Shown here: in pieces, positions 1 through 13,039 of the stretch
Layout: the number at the start of each line of letters is the position of its first letter
Position numbering within the stretch: position 1 is the stretch's first letter
Source: Octopus vulgaris
Taxonomy: Eukaryota
Length of the DNA: 64,000 nt
NCBI GenBank assembly: GCA_951406725.2
Contig: OX597821.1
Coordinates: 61,194,001 to 61,258,000 of the forward strand
Direction of reading: 5' to 3'
Position numbers and translations under genes: made by a program
The notes under the pieces: generated by a model
Database searches by the model: none
Told to the model about the DNA's origin: nothing
The model's input: the letters and a program-made list of their open reading frames with translations, nothing else

Positions 1-57
1 GAAATACGACTAAGCATTTCGCCCGGCGTGCTAGCGTTTCTGCCAGCTCGCTGCCTT
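1..57 (-). mobile_element. tRNA-derived SINE head, truncated by the window edge (family A)
   Basis: Reverse complement matches the head AAGGCGGCGAGCTGGCAGAAACGTTAGCACGCCGG of the copy at 47931. Confidence 0.75.
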
Positions 58-59
58 AA

Positions 60-494
60 AGGAGTTTAAAGATTGAAACCTAAAAGTAGACAATTTCGGA
101 AAAGATGTGAAAAAAATGTTAAACTTCGTATACTGGTAGAATGTGTTTATAAAACATCTTTTTCTCTTGGCTTTATTGAGAAAATTCTATAGTTTGTAAG
201 ATAGTTGTTGCTTTTTTTCTTCAATTTCTGCAATTTCAACCAATCACTGACATCTATTGGGGTAAAATACATTCTGTGCCGTATGAATATGTCCCTCGTT
301 TAAGAAACAGATTGGGTTTCTTTACATTTCTGAAGAAAAAAAGATACCCTTCCACCTCCCCTAAGCCTAACCCTAACTAAAACTAACCCTAAAACAGATT
401 GAAATGCAATAGATCGATACTAGGGTCATAATTATGAGTGAAAATTTCATATGACACCGCTAGAAAAACTGCCGCTCAAACCGAAAATATCCTC
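60..494. repeat. Unclassified interspersed repeat with degenerate internal (CCCTAA)-like units
   Basis: ccctaagcctaaccctaactaaaactaaccctaa at ~359-392; possible short terminal inverted match agga.../...tcct. Boundaries are approximate. Confidence 0.35.
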
Positions 495-2416
495 GTTATT
501 ATTTAGGAAGCTAACTGCAGTAAAGTTATTTTTATTTTTATTTTTATATTAGTAGCTTTCTTTTAAAAAATCCTATTTGTTTAATATTTAATTGCTAACT
601 AATCCAATTTAGCTGCATAAACTAAACAACACTTACAGTTAGACAAAATTAACTTCCAGATCCTTAATCTTGATGTATTAGGTTGAAGAGAAAGTTTGGT
701 CACATTTCACTATTTGACAGAACTCCCTTTCGTCTTAATTGATATAGTTAATTAAGGTTGTATTTTCCCTTATTATTAATAACGCACTATTATATATTTG
801 GGAGATTGTTGATTCTCGGTAGTAAATATCGGGCTTCAAAGCAAAGGATCACCGAATACCATCTTTTAGCTTTTCTCAATTGTTTTTGCAACTAAATAAT
901 ATTGCAATGAACTGAAAAGATATTAGTCAGAAGTAACAAGGTCAGGAGACTAAGGCTGATGTGACAAAATGTCTACATTTAGAGCCATAACTTTTTCCTG
1001 AGTACCGTTGTTAATATGCGGTGTGCATCAATGTGTGGGAACAACAAATTTCCGTGCGGTGACTCAAACTGGCATCAATAATTCTCCATATTACCCGTCT
1101 CGTTTCTGTTTAACTCTCCCTGATAGGTGACACCTATCATATCCCATCAAACACTTTTTCGGGTGTAGTTCTGGTTTAGATTCTTCATTTTCATTAGGTA
1201 TAGGCCATTGTCGTTTACATTGGAAATGATTATTTGGAACACGCTTTTCATCATTTCTACCGAGGGAAGATGTAACAGCGAGTCTACTCTTCAACGACGA
1301 AGAGAGGCCAACTTTTTCATTAAATTGAGAAGCAGTCAGGTGTCGAGGAACCAACTGACTACGTTTAGATAAGTTTTTCCAAGTTTATGAAAATGTTTTA
1401 TTATCGAAGTGTGTCATGAATTGAAGGGCGTGGTTAATTGTCGAGCAGCTTGTTTGAACTCAACTACGGTGTTTCAGAGGGTCAATATTAACAGACAGTG
1501 GTCGTCTAGATGAAGGCAGAAATGTGTGAGAAATATATCTTGGGTGAAACGGTAAAACCATCGTTAGCATGTCTGGACATTTAAAGTTTCATTTCCATAA
1601 GGAGAATGAATATTTCTTGCCGTTTCCATTGCTGAAGAGCTGCCTTTGAAGAGCTGCTGAATCTGATATAAGCCTTATTTCAACTTATTGTAAAGAGCAA
1701 ACTCAGTACGAATCTACCCGCAATAGTATAAAGTATTCTGAAAAAAAACAAAAAACAAAACAAACAAAAACACCCCATTAGAATGTGCGTCTAACGCTTA
1801 TTTTAGCATAAGTATTGCAAATGTGATCATGGCAAAATATTGGCTATAGCACAGGAACATAATATATTTTCCGTTTAGCTATGGCATAGTTTAAGGTAAC
1901 ATGTATTTGGTTTCACTGTTGATAATAATATGCGGATTGTATTAATTTTCATGAATAACGTTAGTAATGAATAGTTATGGGCATAGTGCTTTCGTTTTTG
2001 ATTTTCTGGAAAAAATATATTAGTATCACAATTTGGAATTTTAGAATATATTAATAGTGAATTTAAAATTACTTTTGAAATCAAGCTAAGATGTGCGTTC
2101 CCTAAGAAAACGGAGATGATTTTTTGTCAAAGTATGATTGCAGAAAATTTTTGACAAATGACAGAGACTGTCAGAAGATTCTAATGGACGAAATCGTGAA
2201 GTAATCTCAATGGAAAATCAGCAGTTTATTCCACTTTCTACGTACACAAACCACGTTATTCACACATATGTGTGTTTGTATGACAACATGTATATAACTG
2301 TATCTATATATGCATCAGAGCTGTGCGGATAATACCGGACTGACTTGGTGCTCCAACTTAAGTACCTAATTCAACTGAATCTCCATTATTTCTGTCTGTC
2401 TATCTGTCTGTCTCTC

Positions 2417-2645
<229 letters not shown>

Positions 2646-2654
2646 TAATGCATA

Positions 2655-4234
2655 TGTCGACACCAACTTGCATCTCCCCTTGCTAATCTGTGGAGAAACT
2701 CACTGGATGCTGGCTATATTCCCAAAAACCTTCTGTCCCAGTCTGTTGTCCCAGTTTTCAAAAAGGGAAACAAGTCCCTTGCAGTGAATTACCGCCCGAT
2801 CTCACTCACCTCTCATATCATCAAGGTATTTGAGAGGGTGGTGAATAACCCAATTTCTGGAAAGCAACAGACGGCTGATCTCCAACCAACATGGGTTCCG
2901 TAATGGAAGGGACTGCCTAACGCAGCTCCTGCATCACTTTGAGGACATTTTGAGAGCTTTGGGAGAGGGCTCCAACACCGATGTCATCTACCTTGATTTC
3001 AGTAAGGCCTTCGACAGGGTCGATCACAAGATCCTATTGAAAAAACTATCCAATATTGGTGTCTCTGGAAAGTTACTGAAATGGATTAAGTGTTTCCTGA
3101 CAGACAGATCTCAACATGTTGTAGTTGAAGGGGTAAAATCAAGCCCAGCCAAAGTCAGTAGTGGCGTTCCGCAAGGCACTGTGCTGGGCCCACTTCTTTT
3201 CATCATTTACATTAATGACATTAATGACATCATCAAGCACAGCAACATAAAAATCTTTGCAGATGACTCCAAGCTACAGAAGGTCATAAATGAGGCGGGT
3301 GACCGGACATGCCTTCAGTCAGATCTACTGGCTGTTATCCAATGGGCAGAAAAAAACAATATGCTGCTGAACGAGGATAAATTTGAGCTAATCCACTTTG
3401 GAAAAGAGGATGCCCTGAAACTCCCATACTCCCTTCCTTCAGGTGAAACTCTCGCGGCGTCCAACAACATCAGAGACTTGGGAGTAATTGTGGACAACAA
3501 CGTAAGCTGGGCCACTCATATAAACACCAAAGTTGACATGGCCCGCAGAATGTGTTCCTGGATTCTCAGAACTTTCCAGTCGAGAGATATCCACACCATT
3601 ATCCTTCTCTTCTCCACTTTTGCCCGACCCCACCTTGAATACTGTTGTCCACTGTGGTCTCCCCACACAATACAAGGTATCATAAAAGTTGAAGCACCTC
3701 AAAGGGCAATCACAAAAAAGATAGATGGCATGACAGGCCTCGACTATTGGGGTCGACTAGAAAAGCTAAAACTCTATTCTCTCCAACGTCGTCGTGAGCG
3801 CTACATCATCTGCATGATGTGGAAAATATTCCATCAGCATTGCCCAAATGATGTTGGCATCACCTTTAAGGTACATCCAAGGCTTGGGCCCCGTGCCATC
3901 CGCCCAAAACAAAAATCGCACTCTCATCTCATAACAACAATACGGCACAATTATTTCACCTCAATTGGCCCCGCTCTCTTTAACATTACACCAAAACACA
4001 TTAAAACAGAAACTGACCCTATAGGGTTCAAGAAGTCTTTGGACAGATTCCTTCAAGAAATCCCGGATAAACCCCCTACACCCGGATATGTCTCTGTAAA
4101 CAATAACTCTCTACTTGAGTGGGCCATAGTGCCCAAATTCTGACTTGAAAGACTTCACCAGGTGGTGCTATTAAGTTAGACATGGCCTGGGCCAATAATG
4201 GCCGAAACCTATCAAAGTATCAAAGTATCAAAGT
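2655..4234 (+). mobile_element. 5'-truncated CR1-like non-LTR retrotransposon (RT domain, C-terminus and 3' tail)
   Basis: [65 protein letters not shown]. One frameshift near 2843. Ends in (TATCAAAG)3 at 4210-4233. Confidence 0.9.
2950..4143 (+). pseudogene. Open 397-aa remnant of the LINE reverse-transcriptase ORF
   Basis: ORF track. RT motifs are present but there is no endonuclease and no true start codon. Confidence 0.8.
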
Positions 4235-4354
4235 ATGTACTACTGTTAATCTATAGAAATTATAGATAAATATTTACTGATTGTATTATTCTATACAGCC
4301 TGTAAAACCGAATTATGTTAATAATTTTGAGGTTGACTGACATTCTAATAGTCA

Positions 4355-4392
4355 ATACATATATGTATACATGTATATGTATATATATCTAT

Positions 4393-4429
<37 letters not shown>

Positions 4430-4714
4430 CATGTAAATATATATATGTTTATATATGTATATATATATATAACAAATATATATATACATATATGTATATA
4501 TATATACGGATATATATATATATATATATATACATACATACATGCATATATAGATATAGATATAGATATATGTGAGTGTGTGTATGTGAGTGTGTGTGTC
4601 TGTGTTAAATAAAATGAGACAACAATGCCAAGGTCTTGTTCAACTACGGTCCTTACATACCACTTACATAGTGTTACCTGCCACCTTGAGTCTTCTGGAT
4701 GCCAATACCTCTCA

Positions 4715-4789
<75 letters not shown>

Positions 4790-4865
4790 ATGTGTGTGTG
4801 TGTGTGTGTGTGCGTGTGTGTGTGTGCGTGTGTGTCTGTGTTTACCTACATATACATATATATAC
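4355..4865. repeat. Compound (TA)n/(CA)n/(TG)n microsatellites
   Basis: Direct inspection. Confidence 0.85.
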
Positions 4866-5783
4866 ACCTACATAAACAAATGGCAATATACAAACTCCGT
4901 AGTTTACAAATATATATGCATTGTATATACGTTCGTGTATATGTGTTGGTATGTAAGACAATATACGAGTTTATGTATACGAACAAATACTGTGTATAGA
5001 TATGCTAGTCATAAACACCTAGACACATGCATAAAAAAACATATACGCATTAAATATGAGCTGATATACATGAAAGCTTGCATATGTTTGTCTCTGAAGA
5101 TATATCCATGTAATTAAAATCAAAAGCGTTATCCATTCATTATATAGCTTACTTCCAAACTATCTGTCTATACATCTATCTACCTACCTATGTCTCTTTC
5201 TTCCTTCCTTCAGGAGCAGTAAACGTATAACCTTGCGCATGGGCAGCGATCAAGATATCTTCCAGTAAGTGAATGTAAAGTACTTTCCTTACATGAAGCT
5301 TGCACAGGCACAAATGTTTTCATATTTTATTAACGAAGATCGTAGAAAACCATATTTTAGATATTCCTTAGGTCATTTAATGTGTAGGTTTTTGACTGAA
5401 TACTTTAAAATTTTCAAATCTGCCATCTTTTCTACGATCTACTATCAAACGAGTCAGAAATATTCGTATGGTTAAAACTAGCAACATTTTGTCTAATAAA
5501 ATACATCCATTTGGATAGTACTTTCAATGAAAGGACCCTATATCTCTTAGAGATTATGGTAACAGACGCAAGTACTATATGAGTATCATTCTATAAGAGA
5601 ATGTTGCCATTCTCCAGTGACGCAAAAAAGTTTTAAATGATTGGTCGGAATAACCTCCACATTTTATATTTGGTTTTCTGTTTCATATTCTTCATCAACT
5701 AAGAAAAAACACACAAGAATGGCGGTTTCAAATTTGGAGTTTTCAGGACCTTCTATATTTATACACACACACACACACACACA

Positions 5784-8350
5784 TCATAATCATCATCATT
5801 GTTCGACCGTGGTCGAGACAATGGAATTTACCATGTTGCGCCAGACTTCACGGTCCATCATAGCATTACGGAGGTCCTGTTGCTGGATGCCTGTATCCCT
5901 GGAGATTACATCAGGGTAGGAGAGTGTGCGCCCTCTGGTGTTGCGAGTAGATGGCTTCCAGAGGAGAAGAGTAGAAATTACTTCTTTTCAGCTCTACAAC
6001 AATGTCCAGCAAACTGGACTCTCCTACCTTTCACAAGAGATGACACAGGTGGTAATTTCCCATATATTTGCATTTTAGTTGGATGGCGCCTCCACGAGAG
6101 ATTTTGAGCTCTTATAAGGAGGCAAGTGTAGGTTCCATCCAACCGCCTCTCAAGCTTCTTTGATAACGTCCAGGTTTCTGAGCCATATAGTAGGATTGGT
6201 TCGACTGTGGCTTTGAATATTTCAAATTTGAAGTATCTACTTAGATTTGATGACCAGATCTTATGCATGTCATTACAGGCTGACCAGGCCATACCCTTTC
6301 CAGTTAGAAAGTCTTTTCCAGATGATGATATGTATGACCCAAGATATTTATAATCAGAAACCATATTTAAAGGTGCACTGTTGAGAGTGTGGATGATGCA
6401 ATCACTGTTGGACAGGCAATTGTTTATGTATTCAGTTTTGGTCTCATTGAGGTAAAGACCTACACAATTTGAGGCTTGTTCAAGAGATTGTAAAAGAGAC
6501 TGGGCATTGGAGAGAGAATCACTGATAAGAGCGATGTCGTCAGCAAAGTCAGTGTCTGTCAAGTACTCAGCTGGGTGTCTGGAACTTCTTCTTGGTTTTA
6601 TTTCAAAGCCCTTGCCAGAGATGGTATCAACTGACATACGTAGCACATAATCAACAACAATGATGAAAAGAAATGGGGCGAGTGTGTCTCCCTGCAGTAT
6701 TCCGGCCTCGATCGAGAAAGATGATGTTTCTCCATCAGGGGTTAAGATGGTTGAAGACGTATCTGTGTAGAGGACCTTGATGGCAGAAATAATTTTGTCT
6801 GATATCCCATAGAGCTTAAGGATTTCAAACATCTTGCACCTATCTACAGAACGCTTTAGAAAAGTCTACAAATACCATTGCAAGATCGCGATTAAATGCT
6901 TTTGATTCTTCAATAAGTCTGCGCAGGAATAGTATCTGACTCAGCGTTGAGCGCCCATGTCTGAATCCATTTTGGTTCTTTCGGAGCAAAGGTTCAACAA
7001 AAAGGACAAGACGATTTAGGATCAGTTTGTTGTACAGTTTGGCAGCAATTGACATTAGAGATATGCCCCTGTAGTTTGTGACGAGGGACAAATCGCCTTT
7101 TTTGGGTATTGGAATGATTTGAGATTGGTGCCAAATCTTTGGAGCGACAAAGGTGGAAAGAGTGTGGTTGCAGAGGTTAAGCAAAAATGTGTGAAATCTA
7201 TCATCCTTCCAAATCACAGCCGGAATGTTGTCGGGACCAAATGCTTTCGAGGCTTTTAGTTGCTTGGTGGCTGCTGTTAGTTCAAATATGGTAAAAGGGG
7301 AGGTGTTGATGTCCAGCGTGTCTGATATAGGCACACTTGGGAGAGTGGGGTTATCAGGGATTTTGGCATTCTTCCCAAGGAGGTTTTTAAAATGGGTTGA
7401 CCAATTTTCTAAACGCTTCTTAGCTGATCCCCTTTAATTCTAATTGATGACCCAGAATTTTTGCCTGATAGGTCTTTGATGGATTTCCAGGCGAGATGGT
7501 GTTTTTTACTAATGTGCTCTTTCGATAGTTTACTAATTTTGCCATTGATAAATTCGACCTTCAATTCGGCGTTCAAGTAAGCCTCATCAAGATTCTTCCT
7601 GGCAGCTATGAGTTGGATCTTCAGTGACTGGGATGGAGAACGGTGGTAAGCTAGTGATATAGACTTTAGATGGTTTCTGGCTTCGATGACATTTGGGGAA
7701 TTAGAAGGTTTGCTCTGGCCCCTACTCTTCCTTTTGGGAAGAGTAGCCAGTGCAACTTCCTCTGTTGATTTGATGAGGCTGCTGTATACTTCCTCAATGT
7801 TCTCAGCATCTATTTCAGAAGTAGACAGAGATTGAAATTTGTTATAGACCTCAATAGTAAATTGTTTGGACATATCGGGGTTAGATAAGACTTCCTCCCA
7901 GTCGATCATTTTGATCGGGTGAGGCTTAGTTTTTTTGGATGAGCGAAGACTAAGCTTAACGGTAGCTGATACAATTCTGTGGTCAGAGCCGACAGAAGAG
8001 TAGGATCTCGAGTCCTTAACACTATTGCGCCATTTCTTTCGAAAGATGAGGTAGTCAATTTGTGCCCTATCACCAAGTGGGGACTCAAATGTCCAAAGTT
8101 GAACTTTTGGTTTCATAAAAGAATTGTTGGAGGTGTAGAGATTAAATTCCTCCAAGAAGTCTTTGACCATTTCTCCGTTCCGATTGGTTTTAGAGTTGAA
8201 AGTAAACTTGGTCTAATCGGGTCCTAGTCTAGCATTCAGATCACCAGCTATAACCAGAAAATTATGGAGAGGTACTTGCTCAATGGTTGAACGAAGGGTT
8301 GTATAGAAATTTTCAATTTCGTCTGCCACAGACGAATTATGTGGGCTATA
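5784..8350 (-). mobile_element. RTE-group LINE (APE endonuclease C-half plus RT), frameshifted and 5'-truncated
   Basis: VYSPHN..GDLNARLG, QIDYLIF, SDHRIV (APE); NYRGISL, QNGFRHGRST, FVDFSKAF, GILQGDTLAPFLF, DFADDIAL, YKYLGS, LLYGSETW (RT). Short (ATG)n tail at ~5784-5799. Confidence 0.9.
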
Positions 8351-8414
<64 letters not shown>

Positions 8415-8467
8415 AGCAATGATAAATCTCTGAGCGAGGTATAAACAGTAGCTGCACCACATCGTGA

Positions 8468-8681
8468 AGTACATTTGCCACTTAAATGTGTCTAACCCCT
8501 AAGGGTGGATGTTACTGTAGCTTGAATCCCCAGGACGACATCTCCAGCTGGCTATTGACACACTTTCTGTACCCTATCTATAGCCCTGTCAATAGCCAGC
8601 TGGAGGAGATATCGTCCTGGGGATACAAGTTACAGTAGCATCCACCCTTAAGGGTTAGCCAAATTTAAGTGGCAAATATAC

Positions 8682-8682
<1 letters not shown>
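8468..8682. mobile_element. Foldback element: ~93/96-nt inverted arms with a 26-nt spacer; homologous to 13040-13333
   Basis: 8468-8560 is an imperfect reverse complement of 8587-8682. Confidence 0.8.
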
Positions 8683-8727
<45 letters not shown>

Positions 8728-8792
8728 CCAACTGGAACTAGTTATGCATTTCTCATGAGTGTTTTTCTGCACGCTCATTCATTATATTGGGT

Positions 8793-8940
8793 AATCTTAT
8801 GTTTCAGCAATTTGTTGCGGTATATTCGATGACCTAATTTGGGATTTATCCGCCCTTTGACTAGTTTTGCCTTCTGCTTGTCTTTTTCGGAAACTTCATC
8901 ATTTATCCTTGTGTGTGATCCAGGTTAGTCATCAGAGATC
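8793..8940 (-). ncRNA. Degenerate type-I hammerhead-like motif with a long stem-II insertion
   Basis: Minus strand GATCT-CTGATGA-(123 nt)-GAAAC-ATA-AGATT. Stem I pairs; stem II is weak. Confidence 0.35.
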
Positions 8941-9705
8941 CAATCACGAAACATGTCTACTTGATTGATTGTTATCAGAAACACTTAATGGTAACCTCAC
9001 ACACACACACACCCACATACATGTACATACACACGCACATTTATATAGAGAGATGCATAGGCATGCGTGAGCACATAACCATGTACGTATATGCATGCGC
9101 AGAAATGCTTGTGTATGAACGCAGAAGACACATACAAACGCATAAGCACGCACATACTACTTACGCATACGTGAAACATACTACTACACATACGGGAATA
9201 CACACACACTCACACACACATGCACACACACATATAAGCCTTTGGGAAAATTATTCCAGTTAGCTTTCACGGATATTTAAACACACAATTGTAATATGAA
9301 GCAGCAACGTTGCGTATTGTTATTTCATTGCTGTTGGTTTTGTGGTGTGGATTTAACGGTGTTACTGTTACTTTGCGAGGTGGTGGGAGTGTTTATTTTG
9401 CAGTTGTTGTTCGAAACCATTTGATGGAATGTAAGTAACACAATATTTTGACAAGTCAGATTTGAGATATTCTAATGTTGTGTTTTATATAATGGATGTA
9501 ACATAAACCGAGTAATCTGGATCGCATTATTATGAATTGCAGTGGTGAAATAATGATCAAAATATCCAGGATTTTAGTTTACAAGCGTTGAGAGTTGTAA
9601 TGTCTAACCGTATAAAATGGATACTTAAAAAGCCAATGATTTTAAGATGATGGAAACGTTTCTTCATTTTTTCTTCCATTTTTCCCCTCTTATTTCAGAG
9701 TGTTA

Positions 9706-9860
9706 GCGTGGCATGCTGGCAGGATCATTAGATTACAAAACAAATCTTTTGGTATTTTATTTCCTGCGGCTTTTACGTTCTGGATTCAAAGCCCACAGAG
9801 GATAAATTTAATTTTCATCGCTCCGGAGGTCGATAAAAGAAAGAATCGGCCTAATACTGA
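9706..9860 (+). mobile_element. Degenerate family-A SINE
   Basis: gctggcaggatcattag...ttacgttctggattcaaagccc...ggaggtcgataaaa resembles the 47933 copy. Confidence 0.55.
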
Positions 9861-12627
9861 CTGAAGTCAGGCAGCTAACTAACCCATACAAAGTACCAAT
9901 AATACCGAATATGGCGACAATGAAAGCTATTTTTTCTGATATCGCATTATACGAAGTGTGACAAATGCTATTCCAGTTCTATTGAGAAGCACCAGGAAAA
10001 AGAAAAGCGACCTCCATTTTGGTAAACCCTCAAGTACTCGCATTGTTGAGTGGCTTTGTTGACGCACGAAATCGGGATTATTTTCCATAGCATGTTAGGG
10101 CCGTGCCCCAGCTTCACAAAGAAGTGCCCCAGCATGACCGCAGTCTAATGATTAAAAGAGTAAGAAATAAAATATGTTTTGAAAAATCTTCCTTGTTGTA
10201 AGACATTTCTTTTAACAGTTTAGTTGTTCAAATATCGACTTTAAACCGATTGTATAAGGGAAACATTACCAATGTCACACGCTCAATGGATCTCTTTTGT
10301 TTATTTGCTTATTAGCTGCAGAATTTCGTCCAAGAAGAGTCCCTTTAAGACATCATGTTTTAAAAACATCGAATACCTCAAACGATGCGAAACAAATCGT
10401 CCCGTAGGTGTCGATAGTTTGCGGTTATTTCATCTATTAAGCACCGTATATCCGAGTCACCTTGAAACGAAGACGAATCGCTGGTCTTGGGTATATAGGC
10501 AGAGAGCATAAAATCTGTCTGCCAATGTGCACGTATGCCGCCTTTGAAAACAACTTATTTTTAAAATGTGTTATTTTCTGTACATTATTTTGATATTACT
10601 GAGTTTGGGTTTTGGAAATGAAACATTCTAAGGAGAAAAACACTTGTTTCCACAGGATCTGTCTTCCGAAAAGCAGAAAACAACACAGTGGTCAGTGGAT
10701 GGCATAGCTACCATCCATCGACCATACACATTGATTGTATCCTAATCTGAACAATATATTTCCGTATAAGAAACGCAAACATGATCATTCTAAGATTGTA
10801 GAAGTACGCGAACAACAGATTCCACGAAGAAAACCGTCTTAAGCTGAATTTACAATGACAAGACTTTTTGAACAAAATTTAGGATAAACTTCTATCTTAG
10901 CGCCTCATTTTGCCACGGAGTTGTGCTTCTGTTTGAATATTACTGTCAAAATATATTCATGGAAGTAATAGCTTTCTATTATATAAAAGCTGAAGAAAAC
11001 CACTTCTGTAATTAATTTGACCGTGCATTTAGGTTTTAGTATAAGTATAGGTTCTCTCATAATTTTTTTTCTGTGAATATTGTAATTTCAAAATGCAGCT
11101 GTATCGTTCAATGATTTTTAGAAAATGTTTTGATTCTAACATTGTATCTAATAGAAGATGTATCAGGAAATCTTTGTTGATTACATTAGAAAAACGCACG
11201 CTTTATGATTCCTCACTCCTCTTTCTAGCGACAATCTTGTCACATGCTTTTCAGAAAGCGCATATGGATTCACATTTTTTCGGCTGTTTCAAATGCGATA
11301 TTAATTAAGCGCAGTAATTGGCCATTGCATTCACCCATACATTTCGGTATTTTTTTCATGCGAGAGAAAGGTTTTAAAACTTATTCTTTAGTCATTTTTA
11401 CTCTCATTTCCTCGTTTTTTTTTTATTCTCTGTTCTTTTTATATTTTCGTGAGAAATCGTTCCTTATATAATCTTTCATCTTATCCTACAATCTTATTTA
11501 GCAATATTTATCGCTTTGACGTTCTCTCTTCTTTCACTCGTGTTGCCTTATTTTTAGTAACTTTATTAATTTTCTTATTTAGTTTTACAACTACCTTCTG
11601 CCATATACTGAAGTCCCATACTTGCTCTGAAACCTTTTTTTCACTGTTTTGCAATATCTCTCGTTGGCCTATATTTCTTTCGCAATCATGATGGTTTATA
11701 GGAACGAAGCCATCGCATTGGCCGATGTCAGTCTGACCGCTACATGCTGCAGATATGTTCCTTACCAGAAGCACTCAACCATTTACGGTTAATGGAGAAG
11801 CAATAAATACATCGACATTTTTGTGATAAACCTGAATTTCTACATTGTGCTATTCCATAATGCAAACCATTCAATATTTCCGCCTTATGTTTTATCCTTA
11901 TTACTGTATGTTTTATGTTCCTGAATTATAATGCTAGAAATGAAAGTTTTATGCCACAGGATGTTTAAACGAGAATTGAATGAGAGAAAAACATGCTGAG
12001 ATAGGTTTTGCTTGCAAACAGGAAGAGGGCTGGGGGTGAGTGAAAGAGAGGGGAAAGAGGCAGATAGATAGATAGAGAAAAGATTCAAAGGGAGAGTGGG
12101 AGAGAGAGTATATAGAAACAGATAGAAATAGATAGATAAATAGGGAGAGAGATTAAACTGTGGTTGGAGAAGAATGAGGAGTAGAGTAAGTTTGGGGTCA
12201 CATTTAACATCATCTATTTCAAGCAGCGTTCATTAAATTCATCGCGAATAATTTCATCGCAGTAAATTCATCAGATGCAATTCCGGCGTGTGTTCAATTC
12301 TTCGCCTCTTAGTTTCATTCGAATGCAATAGGAACGAGGTTCAAATATTGGTAAAGGATGGTAGATCGTCGTGAATTCATCGCCTTGCTTTTTATCAGCA
12401 GCATAGATATCTCGCAAAACATAAAGTTTTTAGTGGCATCTCGTGAAATAGTGAAAAGGAAATTCAAAGGGAAAACTATATTATATTAAATTTACTGTCT
12501 CTCCCTCTCTCCCTCCCTCCCTCCTTCCTTCACTCACTTTCTCTCTGTATATATGTATATATACACACACATACGTACATGCATACACACCCACTCATAT
12601 ATATATATATACATAAATACATACAAG

Positions 12628-12940
12628 TGTGGAGGCACATGGCCTAGCGGTTAGAGCAGCGGACTCGCGGTCGAGGGATCGCGGATTCGAATCTCAAACC
12701 GGGCGATGTGTGTGCTTATGAGCGAAACACCTAAGCTCCACGCGGCTCCGGCAGAAGATAATGGGGAACTGCTGCTGACACTTTCGCCACAACTTCCTCT
12801 CAATCTTTCCTCCTGCATCTTGCAGCTCACCTGCGACAGACCGGTGTCCCGTCCAGGTGGGGAACCTATACGCCAAGGAAACCGGGAAAACGGCCCTTAT
12901 GAGCCAGGCATGGCTCGAGAAGGAACAAACAACAAAACAA
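12628..12940 (+). mobile_element. tRNA-derived SINE (family C)
   Basis: A box TGGCCTAGCGGTTAG and B box GATTCGAATCTC. 3' part (cccgtccag..aaaccgggaaa..atgagcc) is shared with 53810-53925 and 63930-64000. (CAA)-rich tail. Confidence 0.75.
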
Positions 12941-12956
12941 CACGCATACACACACA

Positions 12957-13026
<70 letters not shown>

Positions 13027-13039
13027 GAAAGAGAGAGAG

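Noticed and set aside
359-392. True telomere or chromosome-fusion relic
   Set aside because: Only a few degenerate units embedded in complex sequence.
12628-12705. Functional tRNA gene (also 47933, 38820, 15655-15720)
   Set aside because: A and B boxes are present, but there is no clean cloverleaf and most run into SINE bodies.
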